Origin: Laetmonice hystrix
Taxonomy: Eukaryota
Direction of reading: 5' to 3'
Length of the DNA: 64,000 nucleotides
Assembly: GCA_965235115.1 (NCBI GenBank)
Contig: OZ249437.1
Location: 27,404,001 to 27,468,000 of the forward strand
The notes under the pieces were generated by a model. It did no database searches. It was not told the origin of the DNA and was given only the letters and a program-made list of their open reading frames with translations. Positions 24,700 through 37,849 of the stretch are shown here, piece by piece. A program made the translations under genes and the position numbers. Numbering within the stretch: the stretch's first letter is position 1; every line of letters begins with the position of its first letter.

Positions 24700-27600
24700 C
24701 ATCAGTGCCAGAGCCAATCAAATCAAAGCGGCTTGTTTCATATTAATACAACGAGGCCGGTGTATTTATGGATTGCTAGTTGGTGGTGATGATGCGGAGC
24801 CAGCGCTGGGCCGGGCGATCGGAGCGGCCCTAGCGGCTTGGTCGGTGTACACGCCTCAGTCTGAAGCTAACCGCCATGCTGCGCGCGGCTCTGCTTCCGT
24901 CGGGCTGTGGGAGGTGGTGCTGGCGCACTGATCATAGTCGTAGAGAACTGGAGGGGCTCCAGGAGGCGAGGCAGGCCCCGCTTGGAGCGGACGGACACTG
25001 AGCATGGCCCAACCCCTGGACTGCTGCAGCAGCTGCTGCCGCCAACCGCTGACCCACAAATCCACCGTCTCCACCCTGGTACACTACCACCAACCACCAT
25101 ACGACCGTGTGGAGCGAGGCCCCCGACCCTGACCGGCCTGCCGTCAGTGTCCCTCTCCAGCCGGGCGGCCTGGAAACTTGCCGTAGCCGTCGTGCTCGCG
25201 GGAAGCGTACGCTCGTCAGGCCGTGTGTAGGATACTTGGCCAGCTCCAGCGGCCGGCTAGCCAGGCTTGTCTTGTTGCAGAGGCATGTCATCCAGCAGCG
25301 CCCGCTTCTGCTGCTGTCTCGATGGAGAGTGACAGAGACGGGTGTGTCGCCGCCGTACTGGATTGCCGCCCTCCATCCGTGCGGGCACTCTGACCACAAA
25401 TACAACCACCCGACGCTGGCCGACCTGGAATGGAATGAGGGTTGGCAGTTGGCCTCATTACAGGAGGTGTTGTGATATTCGTAGCCGCCTGTTGTGTGTT
25501 ATATACTATGATGTGATTCAATGTGCTGCTACCCCTGCAGCCCGTGTGGGCCCGATGAGGCCAACACTCCTTCACAAACGCCGCCTAGTGGCAGCAGCAG
25601 CAGCAGCTCCCCTGGATCGCGGCAGCTCCAGCTGTTTCTCCTCCGTTCGGTGATGTCCGGCCGTACTCGGGCCGACTATTCGCAGGCCATCTGAGGCGGT
25701 CTGTACCTATCTATATTCCCTTGAGATCGGACACCTCCCATCCAGTCGCCGGGTAAGCGCTGAACTAATCTTAACCTCCGGAGGGTCGGGAAAGCCCCAG
25801 AAGAGGGTCGTACGCATTGTGTTACTGACAGGAGAAGGAGGTGCTGTAGCACGGCCTGCATCCTCGGGAGGAGGGTATCAGGGACAGCCATACCCGTCAA
25901 GTGATCCCCCCGGTGGCGGGGTGGAGTGGGTGGCCACCAGGGAGGGGGAGGATAGAGGCGTGGCCGTGCACGGAGAATGGCTCGACAGCTACGTGTGTAA
26001 GACATCGCGCTGGTTGGGGGAGTCTTTACCCAAGAACGTTTTTATAGTGCAGCCGCCCAGGCCAGTGATACCACTGACACCTCACCCCGCCCCACCCCTT
26101 TCTTAGCCAACCCCTGGTGAAGATTCCCACAGGGGTCACAGGCTAGCCTTGACCTTGGCACCTTACCCTCAGCTTTCACCCTAGCCATCAAAGTTATTGC
26201 GTGCTCTCTCCAGAGCTACAACTACTGTGAATTCCCATGGAGAGTCCCAAAGTGGTGAACCGTTTGAGGGTTCATGCTGGCCAACCCCTGTGAAGCTGGC
26301 ACGGCGTGGTTTGGTGCTGTACCTGCCACTCTACAAACGGCGGACCTGCCACTGAGATGGGTACAACGATTGTTTGAAAACTTTGGAGTACGTAGCCATT
26401 AGATTGTATATATCTCTGTAGGCTTGGATACCCCCAGCTTGGTGATATTGTGTTGGGTTTGAGACCTGACAGTATTATCGTGATACCCCTTCGGCCGGCA
26501 AGCTGACTACTCGGACCGGATCTTTAGTCTTCACTCTGGCCTGCGCCGATCTTAGGTCACGGTTGAACTTCATTGGTACCATTCAGGTAAGTCGTGTGTC
26601 CCATGGGTCAGTGACGGGGTGTATCGGCATGCTATGGTGGCCTCCTACAGGGAGAGAGAACATTACCAAACTACAGCGGTCTGTGGGCGTTTGAACCAAG
26701 GTATCGGGGATTCAGTACTGTGATTGGGCAGACTACCTCTTTACAAGGCAATTTAGTCTCGCATGATTTCAACACCTTAACAATCCAAATGGAAATCCAA
26801 TACCATTGATCGGTAAAGGTATCCATTCATTTAACGGTATAGACCTGTCGTAATTGGCCCTGTGGCACACAGTGCTCAGTGGTCACAGTGTGACTGTCGG
26901 TGTCACCCTGATTGGGACGGTAGTGTGACCAGATTCACTGACCCGCCCTCACTGGGAGTTTTAAACAGGGCATCAAATCAGTCTTGCCGCCGTCCCAGGT
27001 GCTGTCAGACTCAGAAGTATACAGGGGTATATGTTTGAGACCAGAGTATATTCACAGGACTATATTAGTTTATCACGTTCTAGCCTGGGCAAGCTAATAT
27101 AGGTCGAATTATCCAATTAATTTACCTTAAGGTAAGCGTTTAATAATATTGTGAAAACCTACATAGGAACATTACTGTGATCTTCAATGTGGAGACGTAG
27201 ATATCTCCTTATTTAATGTACTCAATTTGAGCTGCACATCACTGGTTTCTTCTGTTCCCTGACTCATACCGCTGGTGTCTTCTGTTGATTGACTTTAAAA
27301 TATGGCATCATTGCCTTGCGATACTCCTGTCTCGACCAATTAACCGTTCTTTGTATGAGATTTTGTTTTTACCCCACATAATATGGATTCTAATTACGAG
27401 TGCGATACAGGATGGCATCCACAAACAGCCGATCTGGTGTATCAGCCATAATCAGCTGGTAATTGCTGCTACAGTAGGCGATCTCTCTCAGCGAGCCTCT
27501 TTTCAATGACATGTGTCTCAGATATGGATTCAATTTTTACCCTCACAGCAGAGAGAGAGGGGAGGGTGATCTTTGGGTGAGTGAAAAAAAATCTCTGATT

Positions 27601-27800
27601 TACGGGCGAGCTCGGCAGCGGCAGGGAGGCGATTTCTCCGGGATTTACTTCGTATCGCAGACCATTATAGAGGAGCTCAATGCGGGCGCTTTCAGCTCAG
27701 ACTCTGCTGTATCGGGTTCCCTGTGTTTTAACTGTAGAGACAGCGTTCACCTGCTGGTACCAGTGTCAGGATAACTGACCTCAGAGGGTGGGGTTTCACC
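24700..27800 (+). mobile_element. Degenerate Ngaro/DIRS-like retrotransposon, copy 2
   Basis: GC-rich gag-like 5' part (24850-25700); LGLRPDS ~ LGIxLDS (~26460); LRSRLNF ~ LQSLxGxLNF (~26560); MLWW ~ DLxWW (~26635); LALWHTVLSGHSV ~ AxxLWGxxLxG (~26865). A weak YR tail (RFLRDLLR..AFSS) lies at ~27640-27710. Confidence 0.5.
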
Positions 27801-28319
27801 TTGAACTTGCCAGGGGTAGAGTGCTCATGCACCGGGAATAACAACACCGGGGGAGTTGATTGGAACCTTTAGTTGTAAAAGTATTCTTTGAGCTCTCTGT
27901 CTCGTCAGATTTTTGTTGGTTTGGGAGGGGGGCTGGCTTTATGTTAAAATGTTGAGAAAGGGCAAGAAGAAAGGATGTTTTGGTAGCCAATTATCCAGAT
28001 TATGCAGGAGACAAAGGCCTTAAGTCGAAAGAAAATCGCACAACCCCCGACATCAGGTAGCAGCTAAAGGGATTCGAACCCACATGTAAATTGCTACAGG
28101 TGGGAAACCTATATTTCATAAGTTTAGTGGACGTGGCCAAGTACCCACTTTAAGGTGTCGCATCCAGTAAGTAGTTGATGAGAGTGTAACTGGCTAGGTC
28201 TGTATGTACGTCGGGTGGGACCAACCAACTCGCCGGTCAGTCCGTCAGTCTGTCGTCTGATCAATGTAATCAGTTCGTGCCACACGGCCCCGGCTCCCAA
28301 TCACCCCCAGCCATCACGG

Positions 28320-28925
28320 CGTCTATAGACACAATGCCATCAACCCTGGACCGGCCTGGCCCTCTCAACCCTGCCCTGCCCCTACGCCCTGCCCTGCCAT
28401 ACCATGCCTCTCAGCCCAACCCTGGCCTACCATGCCTCTCAGCCCTGCCCAACCCTCACTACCCTGCGCTGCCTCTCAGCCCTGCCCTGCCTCTCAGCCC
28501 TGCCTAGTCCTCCCAGCCTTTCTCAACCCTCGCAACCCTGCCCAGCGCCCTCAACCCTGCCCTACCCAACGCTCACTACCCTGCAATGCCTCCCCACCTT
28601 GCCCAACCCTCACAATCCTGCCCAGCGCTCTCAACCATACATGCCTCTGACCCTCAGCCATACCCAGTCCTCACAACCCTGCCCAGCCCAGCCCTCACAA
28701 CCCTGTCCTACCCTGCTCTACCTCTCGGCCATACCCAAACCTTACAGCCCTGCCCAACCCTCACAGCCCTGCCCAACCCTCACAGCCCTGCCCAACCCTC
28801 ACAGCCCTGCCCAACACTCACGACCCTGCCCTAGCCAGCCCTCACGACCCTGTCCTGCCCCTTGGCCGTACCCAACCATCACAGCCCTGCCCAGCCCCTC
28901 AAGCCATGCCCCAGCCCTGAACCAC
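28320..28925. repeat. Degenerate C-rich minisatellite, ~19-bp unit (AGCCCTGCCCAACCCTCAC)
   Basis: Directly visible; it explains the Pro-rich ORFs at 28277-28934. Confidence 0.9.
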
Positions 28926-29275
28926 AACAAATAATGTTATCCAATTGAGAGGGAGGTTGAAACTAATGATTTAGATATTAATAAACAGTTCCTGTGCTCT
29001 CTTTGCAATGAGAACCCCTGATGGAAGACCTAGGCCAGGCTATGTAAGTTTGACACTGTGCTGTGTGTTATTGTGAATGTGTATCTTGTTCTGGCAGTAA
29101 GTAACATGAAACAACCTCATTATAGACAGCAACGATGCTCCTGTTTCTGTGTAACCTTAGGTAAGGTTGGAAGTGGGCGGCATTGAGGGTAGAGAGGATT
29201 TAAACAACCCAAATGATGGTACAGCCCCCGTGGTAACTTAAAACCTACGACATTTGGTCGAAAGTAAAGATCCAT

Positions 29276-29524
29276 AGCCCTGACCTTATCCCTAACCTCG
29301 GTCTCTACACCTCCCAAAAACGTATCCCTATTCTATCCCCAGCCCTGACCTTATCCCTAACCTCGGTCTCTACACCTCCCAAAAATGTATCCCTATCCTA
29401 TCCCTAGCCCTGACCTTTACCCTAACACCGGTTCCTACACCTCCCAAAACGTATCCCCAGCCCTGGCCTTAACCCGAACCCCTGCCTACAGGTTTTGTGG
29501 GGAAGTTACCATGGGGGAATAACC
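29276..29524. repeat. 65-bp unit x3 plus a 31-bp dispersed motif shared with 34504-34534 (inverted)
   Basis: Units start at 29276, 29341 and 29406. TTTGTGGGGAAGTTACCATGGGGGAATAACC matches the reverse complement of 34504-34534 at 28/31 positions. Confidence 0.85.
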
Positions 29525-30749
29525 CAGATGATCCTCGCTCAGACCTGAGGCCACCAAGTGGTCGCCTCTATCATCTTGGAACATTGGTTCCAAATCGAAG
29601 CTTGTTTTGTTCACGTCGGTATATAGAAAGCTCACTAGGTTGGGTGAGTGATGAATATTTTGAGCTGACGACAGTTGCACTAGAGTTGTACGGTGGTGTA
29701 CGATTAGGCCCAGGTTTCGCCCTTGAGGTGGTCGTACCATCATTGCAGGATTTCTATTTACCTTGAAATGTTTTCTCGGTCTTTATATATTTACGAGTCC
29801 AGAAAGAATTGATTAATCTTACGAATTTAGCTACGAATAAAAAAGAAGTTTAGCAAAGTTATGCCGGTTGGTTCTTGCAATAGACAAAGGCTGATTTCCC
29901 GGTGGCACCGCCATGTCGGCAGTCCTATCGACTATAATAATGATTGTATACAAATCTCTGTGATATAGAAGATACACCCCTGCAAGACAGAGTCAAGCAA
30001 TCCTATAGTCCAAGTGTCTCCGACTAAGTGGATTTTTTTTTGTTCATAATCATGCAATCTTTGACAGGAACTCCCTCCCTGTCATGAAAACGAGGCATTA
30101 CTTTGTCCTCCCGAGACACGAGCCTGTGGGTGTGGGTGTGGGGGTGGGGGTGGGGGTGGGAGTGTGGGTGTGGGTGGGAAATGTACGACCACAAAGTTAC
30201 TGTCCCTAACTATAGGGAGTATCAGAGCATGATTATTCCGTCGGAAGCATCTGACATGCAAGACACAGACACACACACACAAAAACACATCACCGATGTT
30301 TTACCCTTGCCTGTGGCAATTTATCAGAGGGAGCAAACTATGGACCTCACGGCAAAGCAGAACCGTCCCTAGACTTTTGATTCCTGGCTATGGACGAAGA
30401 AAAAGATCATGAGAATAGAAGACGTCGATAGATTGACAGACTCGGAATCGTCCGTAATCGGAAGCTTCTCTAGATTGAGAGACGTCCTTGAACTATAAGA
30501 AGAGTCCTTCATGTCACATTCGCCCGTCTGTTTCGATGTTTGATGTCGAGTCGTCTGTGGATAAGCTTGCAGTCAGTGGTGGGCCCGGTTTTTGTTTTGA
30601 AGGTACAGAGGATATAGTCAAAGGTTCTGACAAAACCTCCCCCATCCCATCTGTATCCGATTCGTAGAGTCTGATTTGCCAAAATGGTTCAAGTTTTTTT
30701 ATAAGACGGGAGCTCGAACATCTCGTACATTATTTTGTGTCCGCCAGTG

Positions 30750-33700
30750 GAGCGGGAATCCCCAGGTTAGGTGGGTGGCGTGGGTGTGTACGGTGAGGAT
30801 GTGAGGGGGTGGGGGTATGTGATAGTACCCCAGACATCGCCGCATGAATATTTGATGGTGATCTGTCGTAGTGGCTGGAGCTCACACCTGAGCGCCAAGG
30901 GTACCGTGTGGCGGTTATTAAGGATACACAACGGACGTTGTTCCAGGCGTTAATTGGATGGGCTGATCACCACAAAACTTACCAATGACTCGCCTAATAA
31001 CACCTCAGTCTGTGACAGTCATTTAGTTTCATTAGGCGCATACAGTTTTTTAGAAACCTCTTGTTGATAACAGGCACACAAATACACTAGTACATGGAGT
31101 AAAAGTCACTTTTAAAAAAGTCTGTAAATATTAGACCTAACTCAGCACATGTTGGAAGGTATGAATGGCTTGGCCGGATATGATCGTCAGTTCTGACTCC
31201 ATAATCGGCGAACTCGTGTGGATGAGGTTCACACCTGAGCTGTTGGTAGACCGCTGTTACCATGTCAGGTCAGTGTACTCACTCAGGCAGGTGTTCACGA
31301 GGGCAGACTTACTACAGGTGTTGAACCACTGGGGAAGTCAAGTGTTTTACTCTTGGACATCGGCTGCCAGAGAATGGCTACTTGTGAGAAGATGTAGGGC
31401 TGAATTCTGACACTGGACTGTTGGTAATTCCAGAGAGATTGGTCACGTTGACAATGAAGTTGTTTTAGATACATTTATTACAAGAAGCTACTGTGGTTAT
31501 AGCTTTTAAAATAAACCGATCTCGACAAAGAACATCATGCCATATATTTGTAGTTAGAACTACCTTTCTGTTCCCACATAGACTCCCCGTATCATGGTTA
31601 TAACATAAACAGCCATCTAGACTAAGCTTATTGTCATCTTCACATGTACGGTTGGAATCTATATACTTATTACATATGATCGGTGATGAGTCCCCAATTT
31701 TTTAGTGTGACAGCTGTTATGATAATAAATTTATTTAATTCGTTCTGATCAGTATAGGGTCACAATGGTTTTAGCTGACGGCACCTGTTCCTAAGGTCAC
31801 GGTCGGTCACATGACTTTAACCTATAGAATTACATTGTAGTTACATGTTTAATGCCTCTTTCAGCTATACATGTAAACATTGGTACAATTGATCTTTTAT
31901 TGATTTCTCCTTTTATTCTTAAAAGACATCTATATGATGCCTGAAGCCCATATAGAATGTTGCCACTTACTACCTAATTTTGGGTATATTTCCTTGAGAA
32001 ATTGGCGGGTAAAATTATATATTTTCCATTGAATTGAAAAAGGCCGATTATCTTTTTCCCGTGGGAGGGGTTGGTCATTAGTTCCAGGAAAACGGATATG
32101 TTCCCAATTTAGTCGTGTTTAACCTTTCCTTTAACAAAGAAACTATAATATAGACGTTATGTGGATGTAAGTGGAGTCGCAGCATGACACTGTGAGGTCA
32201 GGGGAGAAGGTGTAACAAAGGGCTATGTTGTGGAGGTATGTACGCGTGTGCGATAACAGAACCTAAAGTGATGTGTTTTTTGTATGGCAAGGGAAGTGTT
32301 TACGGTTAGACTCCGATATTGTGTAGAGAGATAGGTTTGGTGGGAGGAACCAAGAGAGACTGATGGTTCTCGGAAACCATGCGAGAAGCAGGTGTGTCAG
32401 CAGTACAGCAGTTCTTTTCTCTCGCCAGCCAACCTCGGTGTCAGAGTTAGTTAAGTCCTTGAGTGGACAGATATTCGGTGCCATAACATTGTACTGATAG
32501 CACATTTGGACACCATTAAATATATTGCGACTTATGGAAGAGAGATACATGTCATAATCGGACTCCATTTCAAATAGGCCTACCTCTGATTGTGAAAAAC
32601 AAACCTAGCGTGATATTAATTGATGTAGGTGTCAGAAAAGATTAACAAAAGCTGCGTATCATCTGTCTATTTATTGTGTAACGGATGTAAGCACGACAAG
32701 AAAAATAGAATGCTGAATGTCAAGGAAAGATGGATTACAGCTATGTTGATTTTTGTACCAGGTTAGGATGGCTCATCGATAGTTGATAACCCTTTGAATA
32801 TACTACAAAGAGAATGGCACACAAGTTGTACGGAGATAGAGGCTCCCCGAGTGTTAGTGAAAATGCTGAGACAGCAGCGTGAAGTCAGGGTGGGGACGAT
32901 GATCCAAGGTCCGCGTTTACTTTTAACGACATCCGACCGGAAGTTGTGAAGCAGACCGTCTCACCTGAGGCAGCACGACCGGATGTGGCGGTTGGCGACG
33001 ATAAATTCCAGCGCACCCTCCCATAAGAAAGTACATACATCCAGACAAACAACAGGAATATGGATGACTGAAAAGAACTGTTTTGTTTACGGCACATTTA
33101 AGTGGTTTTTGGCTTTTGACCTTTAAAGACAGGTCCAAATCGTAGAATATGGTTCACGTTACAAGTGTATGGTAATGGGAGAATGAACAGAACAGTCAAC
33201 TTTAGTTTTGGAAACGAATTGACTGGCGTTATATACTTTAGAAACCTTATCAGATTCACCTGACTTATTGACCCAGAAACAAAGAAATTCTGACAGAAGG
33301 TTCAATCACAAAAAAATCTAAGCGTTATAATTTTTGTAATGGATTACCCTGAGGAACTCTCGCGGGGCATTTTGATGTAAATATTGGGATATTTGTAGAA
33401 ATGTTAAAACTGGAAATCAATGCTGCGGTGGGTCCTGTGAGGGTTAAAGACAGCAATGGGCATGGTGCAGCATGTGGTTTGGTTCTGGAGGCAGGACGAC
33501 ACAGCCTGCAAGTGATATGTAGGTCGTATCTTCGCTGTGGCCTAGTGCTATTAATTAGAGCTGCCTTCATCGGCAAACAGCCTGGACAATTTGTTACCGG
33601 GAGCCTCCATTAAGCAAAGGTCACCAGGGAAGAGAGAAATGTCAATGAACGCATTGGGAATTGTCACCCAAGCTCACAGGTCGGTGTGCTTTTTTAACGC

Positions 33701-33780
33701 TGCGCGACACTACGGAAAAAGAGCAGCGTGAGAACTAAGTTATGGATATTGAAGATACATCGATCCAAGAGTAGGAGAGA
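30750..33780 (-). mobile_element. Degenerate CR1-like LINE ORF2
   Basis: Minus strand: LCRPAS ~ YRPP (~33495), LISSFN ~ LIxGDFN (~33410), APNICPLK ~ AxVxPIxK (~32475), PRTISL ~ YRPISL (~32365), ALVNTCLSEYTDLTW ~ SLVRPHLEYAxxxW (~31280). Confidence 0.45.
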
Positions 33781-33794
33781 GTGTGGCGGGTAGG

Positions 33795-34110
33795 GTACGG
33801 AGCTGTGGATCAGGTTGTGGGTGGGTATGTGTGGGACAGGTTGTGGGTGGGTATGGGTGGACCAGGTTGTGGGTGGGTAGGGGTGGGCCAGGTTGTGGGT
33901 GGGTATGGGTGGACCAGGTTGTGAGGTCGTTATGGGTGAGGCTGGGGGTGGGTGGGTATGGGTGGGCCAGGTTGTGGGTAGACCAGGTTGTGGGTGGGTA
34001 TGGGTGGACCAGGTTGTGAGGTCGTTATGGGTGAGGGAGGTTGTGGGTCGGTATGGGTGGGCAGGTTGTGGGTCGGTATGGGTGGGTCAGGTTGTGGGTC
34101 GGTATGGGCC
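33795..34110. repeat. G/T-rich tandem array, ~25-bp unit (GGTGGGTATGGGTGGACCAGGTTGT), ~12 diverged copies
   Basis: Directly visible. Confidence 0.92.
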
Positions 34111-34129
34111 TGAGATGCCCACCACCCCG

Positions 34130-37100
34130 CCATCACTACGTACCAGGAGGTCTAAGGTCTAAGTATGTGGTGATATTGATAGGCAGGGCATCTATTCGGC
34201 CATGCCATGCGGCCGTCACCACCCTGACATGTGAAAGTATTAGGTCATTTCAGCGCTGTGAACGGACTCCGTCGGGAACGGAGTCACTGGCACTGCTGAA
34301 CTGGGGCGGAAAAACATGTCCGGTTTCAAGTCGGAAGGTCTGTTTAGGACTACATGTATAATGCCCCCCGTCATGATGGATATGTAGGTCCTCCCGAGAT
34401 ATGTCTCCATCACATAGTCCGTCCTCCCCCACCTCCTCCCTGGAAGGGACATTCCCTGACCTAGATTTACCCCGGCCTTGATAGGCGAGTGCATAATTCA
34501 AGCGGTTATTCCCCCACGGCAACTTACCCACAAAGTTTGTGGGTAGGGATTCAGGGGTATGGATAATGATAGATATTTACGTTCGATCAAATTTCGTGGG
34601 GTATAAGTTACCGTGAAGGATGTACTATTCAAGGGAATGGTGGCCCTGTTCTTACTTTCATATTGATGTGCCTTAAGTAACGGTTTTAATTCTAACACAA
34701 GGGCCCATGGTGGCTTATATAGGTGGATTCTCTCGTATGTCAGCTTGCATGCACATTCTATCTGCCAGTACCATTCGGGGGGTGCCATACGGACTGATTT
34801 GTCAATGGTAGTGCACTGCAGAACAGGTGAAATGGTTGCAGTACGTACGTGATATAATCTACAAACAAAAAAATGTTGGCAGTTTATAGCTGTAATGTGA
34901 GGAATAATAGAGGCCCCGCCCGTATTTCTGATATACAGGCGGGGTTGGATCATAATGTCAGTGAGTTTGGTGAGGTGTGCTGCCCCGATGTCGGGGACGT
35001 CTAATATATCAGGGACGGGCCTGGAGAATGCGTCGGCCGACCCCCACGGCCACACGACCCGGGAGAAGGCACTGCTGTCGATGACATGACCTTTGACAAC
35101 CAGTTCGCCCACGGTCCCTGGCTTCAGTGCTTCTGACTGTCTGCGGTGGCCTGCTCTCTACAAACGAGACCGCAGTCCTGGGGAAGGCCGGCTAGCTCCT
35201 GCCGGAACTGGCGGACACCGCCCGATTCACGGTCAGCCTCAGGTCCAGAGCCAGCCTCAGGTCCAGAACTGGGTAATATCGGTGGGCTGTTGGCCGCAGA
35301 TTACTGCAAGGGCAATTTACGCAGCTAATGGAGGAATTCAGCAGCTAATGGGGAAATTCAGGGGAGCCTCGCTCCACCACAGAGAGATTATGGTGAACAG
35401 GCCAGAGCAGAATATCGTTCATTATAGGTGGTCCAGGTGACTTTGACAGGGCCCGGTGCTCGATTGACTCGTCCTGATGGAGGTAGCGGGTCGTGGACAG
35501 GCCAGCACATCCGCCTCGCCACTCACTCAACCTTCCAATCAACGCGTCAACATTGTATGATTATTAACAGAATCACGTTATCGTCTCAGTCAGCTGGGAC
35601 CTTGCGGAGATCGATCCATGTCCGGTGGGAGTCACTGATGTAGGTCTCAGGGGGGTGGACGTGGCTCCAGGAGGGACGTGTTAGGTTGTGGAGGTGGCTT
35701 TTATTCTCAGGTCGGTGGCTGGTGAGTGATTGTAACACCCACAAACACCAATCTCCACACTATGTTTAGAACTGTAACAATAGCGCTGGTGTCAGTTGAA
35801 TACTATAGGTTATGCGTTATGATGATCATGTCATATACTGTGTAGTGTTAGTAAGGAGAATACGCCCTTGTCATACTCCTATAGCATGGAGGTAACATAT
35901 AATCCTCTATAAGAATAAAGTAGCGAAGGTATGAGCACCTCATGCTTCCAGTAACGAAGGTAATCTCACGTCCGGTTTAAGGTGTCCTCGTGTGATGATC
36001 TGGTATAAAATCGCTGCTTTCTACGAAATCGTCTTGTCAGCAGAAACACTCCACCCTCACCTGTCTAGAGTGACGGTGTAAATAAGAAAGGTGACTACTT
36101 GTCTACCTCCCTGCCGAGGACAACACACTGAAAACCTATCACAACTTACCGAGCCCCACCGGAACACTTCGGGACCCACCGGGACACTTTGGGAACCACC
36201 GGGACACTTTGGGACCCACCGGGACACTTTGGGACCCACCGGGACACTTTGGGACACACCGGAACACTTCGGGACTCACCGGGACACTTCGGGAGACACC
36301 GGGACACTTCGGGACACACTGGGTCACAGTGGGTCCGCACCCACCCACCCTAGTTGGATCACCTGTTTCAGGACCCGACGGGCCAGCGGGTTCGGATAGC
36401 AGGAGAGCTTGACATTTGCATAAGAATTTTTGTTCTCTCAATGATTGACCCTCCTCGAGATTTGAGAGCTAGAGCAAGTTAGAATAGCAAGTGGATACGG
36501 CCTGACGGGGCACTTTCCGCCGTTAGTCCAAGAATTACCGACCAGTCTTCACGAACCCTAGTCGGTTATATGTTTGAAGTCCCCAACCTGGCACAAGTAA
36601 CAAAATGTTAACGTAGTTTTTGATCGAGGCCGTACGATTGTGACCTTGATTGTGACCTTGGCATGGGCCGTGGGGGCAATCAGTCATAATGCGAGACGCC
36701 AGTGAGGCAGATTGGCTGAGTAAAGATTGGGTTCATTTCCGGTTGGATTGATGGTGTTTGGGGGTTGGTATTGAATGGTGGGGCTGTGGCAGCATTCAAT
36801 AGACTTGCCAGTGTGAGAGGGGAAGTTTGGGCGGGCAGAGAGAAGGTCCCTACCGCCTCATTAACACAGCACGTCCGTTTGTGTGCGCGTACCCTACTGC
36901 CATTAGATAGAGTGGAAAGTTGGGTAGTCCGAACGGCATTGACAGATGGAGTGAAAGGTCTCCGTCCATCCACATAAGATCACAATGACCGCAGCGAGCT
37001 CTCCCGACCGCCGCTAGGGCAGCAGTGACGTGCCGCCTGGGGGGACTCAGTGGTCTATGTCCTCTCTGGGTCACAGGGCCGCTCACCTCTTGTGTTTCCA

Positions 37101-37700
37101 TTGCTTTCTTGGTTTGTCAGTCACTTGCTGCAGGTTCGGTGTTTTTTCTTGGCTACTCCTGTTTCCACCGCCAGTACAACTGATCACCGCAGGCCATGCA
37201 GGATGTTGTTGAGGTGTAAGCTAACCATACATCAATACTGTAATGTGTAGGAGTTAATGTGTAGGAGTACTGTATTATGTGCGTGATACCAGAGGTACAG
37301 ATCATGACAAGTCTAGGAAGAGAGCATGGCTAAATTCCCTCAGCTGTCACAATCACGACTTGTGCCTCGGTTTGAAAAGTTCGTGAACCACGGGATCGCC
37401 GGCTGTGTGTGACGGTATGAACAGGGCGCAGCAGATGGAGGTCAGGGCCGTTACTTGCCGGAGGTCAGGCACCAATTCCATGTACGACCCTGGTGTGATG
37501 AACAGATAATGCTGACTCGACTGCCCCACCGTCGGTTCCCGCGTTCAGGCGACCTTTGACCTTTGAGCACGTGACGTGATCTGGACCAATGCTGTGACGT
37601 GCCCCGGTCATGCCGTGCGGCACGCTTACCTCGAAGTCTGTCCTCGGCCGGGCTTTTAGCAGACACGTATATTCCTAAGTGATGACTTAATACGGTCATC
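34130..37700 (-). mobile_element. Degenerate Ngaro/DIRS-like retrotransposon, copy 3
   Basis: Minus strand: GRxxGP-like (~36500), MIGRLS ~ LIGxLN (~35530), DILLW ~ DLxxW (~35410), GSADAFSR ~ NxxADALSR (~35030), TATISPVL ~ STIxxxLS (~34830). The YR tail SHVRVVTAAWHG ~ HSFRIGAAT..G lies at ~34220. Confidence 0.55.
36156..36319. repeat. Tandem array, 20-bp unit (CCACCGGGACACTTTGGGAC), ~8 copies
   Basis: Directly visible; lies inside Ngaro-like copy 3. Confidence 0.95.
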
Positions 37701-37849
37701 TTTCAAAGCTTTGTAATGCAAGTCAGAGCGTAGAGAAATACAACAAATAAGGACATGTAGATAGTCCGTGATGTTAGATGACAATACTGTTATTATTTAT
37801 TGTTTTCAGCGTTATGAGACCTATGTGGCTGAGTCTGTTAGATTTGGAA

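Noticed and set aside
24856-26106. Cluster of GC-rich overlapping ORFs as a host gene
   Set aside because: The ORFs overlap on both strands with no consistent frame, and they lie directly upstream of Ngaro RT motifs, so they are best read as a gag relic.
28069-28081. Pol III B-box (GGGTTCGAATCCC on minus) as a tRNA gene
   Set aside because: No cloverleaf or clear A box; at most a decayed SINE head.
28277-28934. Pro/Gln-rich ORFs resembling extensin or mucin
   Set aside because: They are translations of a C-rich minisatellite; I found no splice signals or codon evidence.
34498-35112. 204-aa minus-strand ORF as a novel protein
   Set aside because: It contains ADAFSR (RNase H end) and YR-like relics of the Ngaro fossil and runs into a small inserted repeat.
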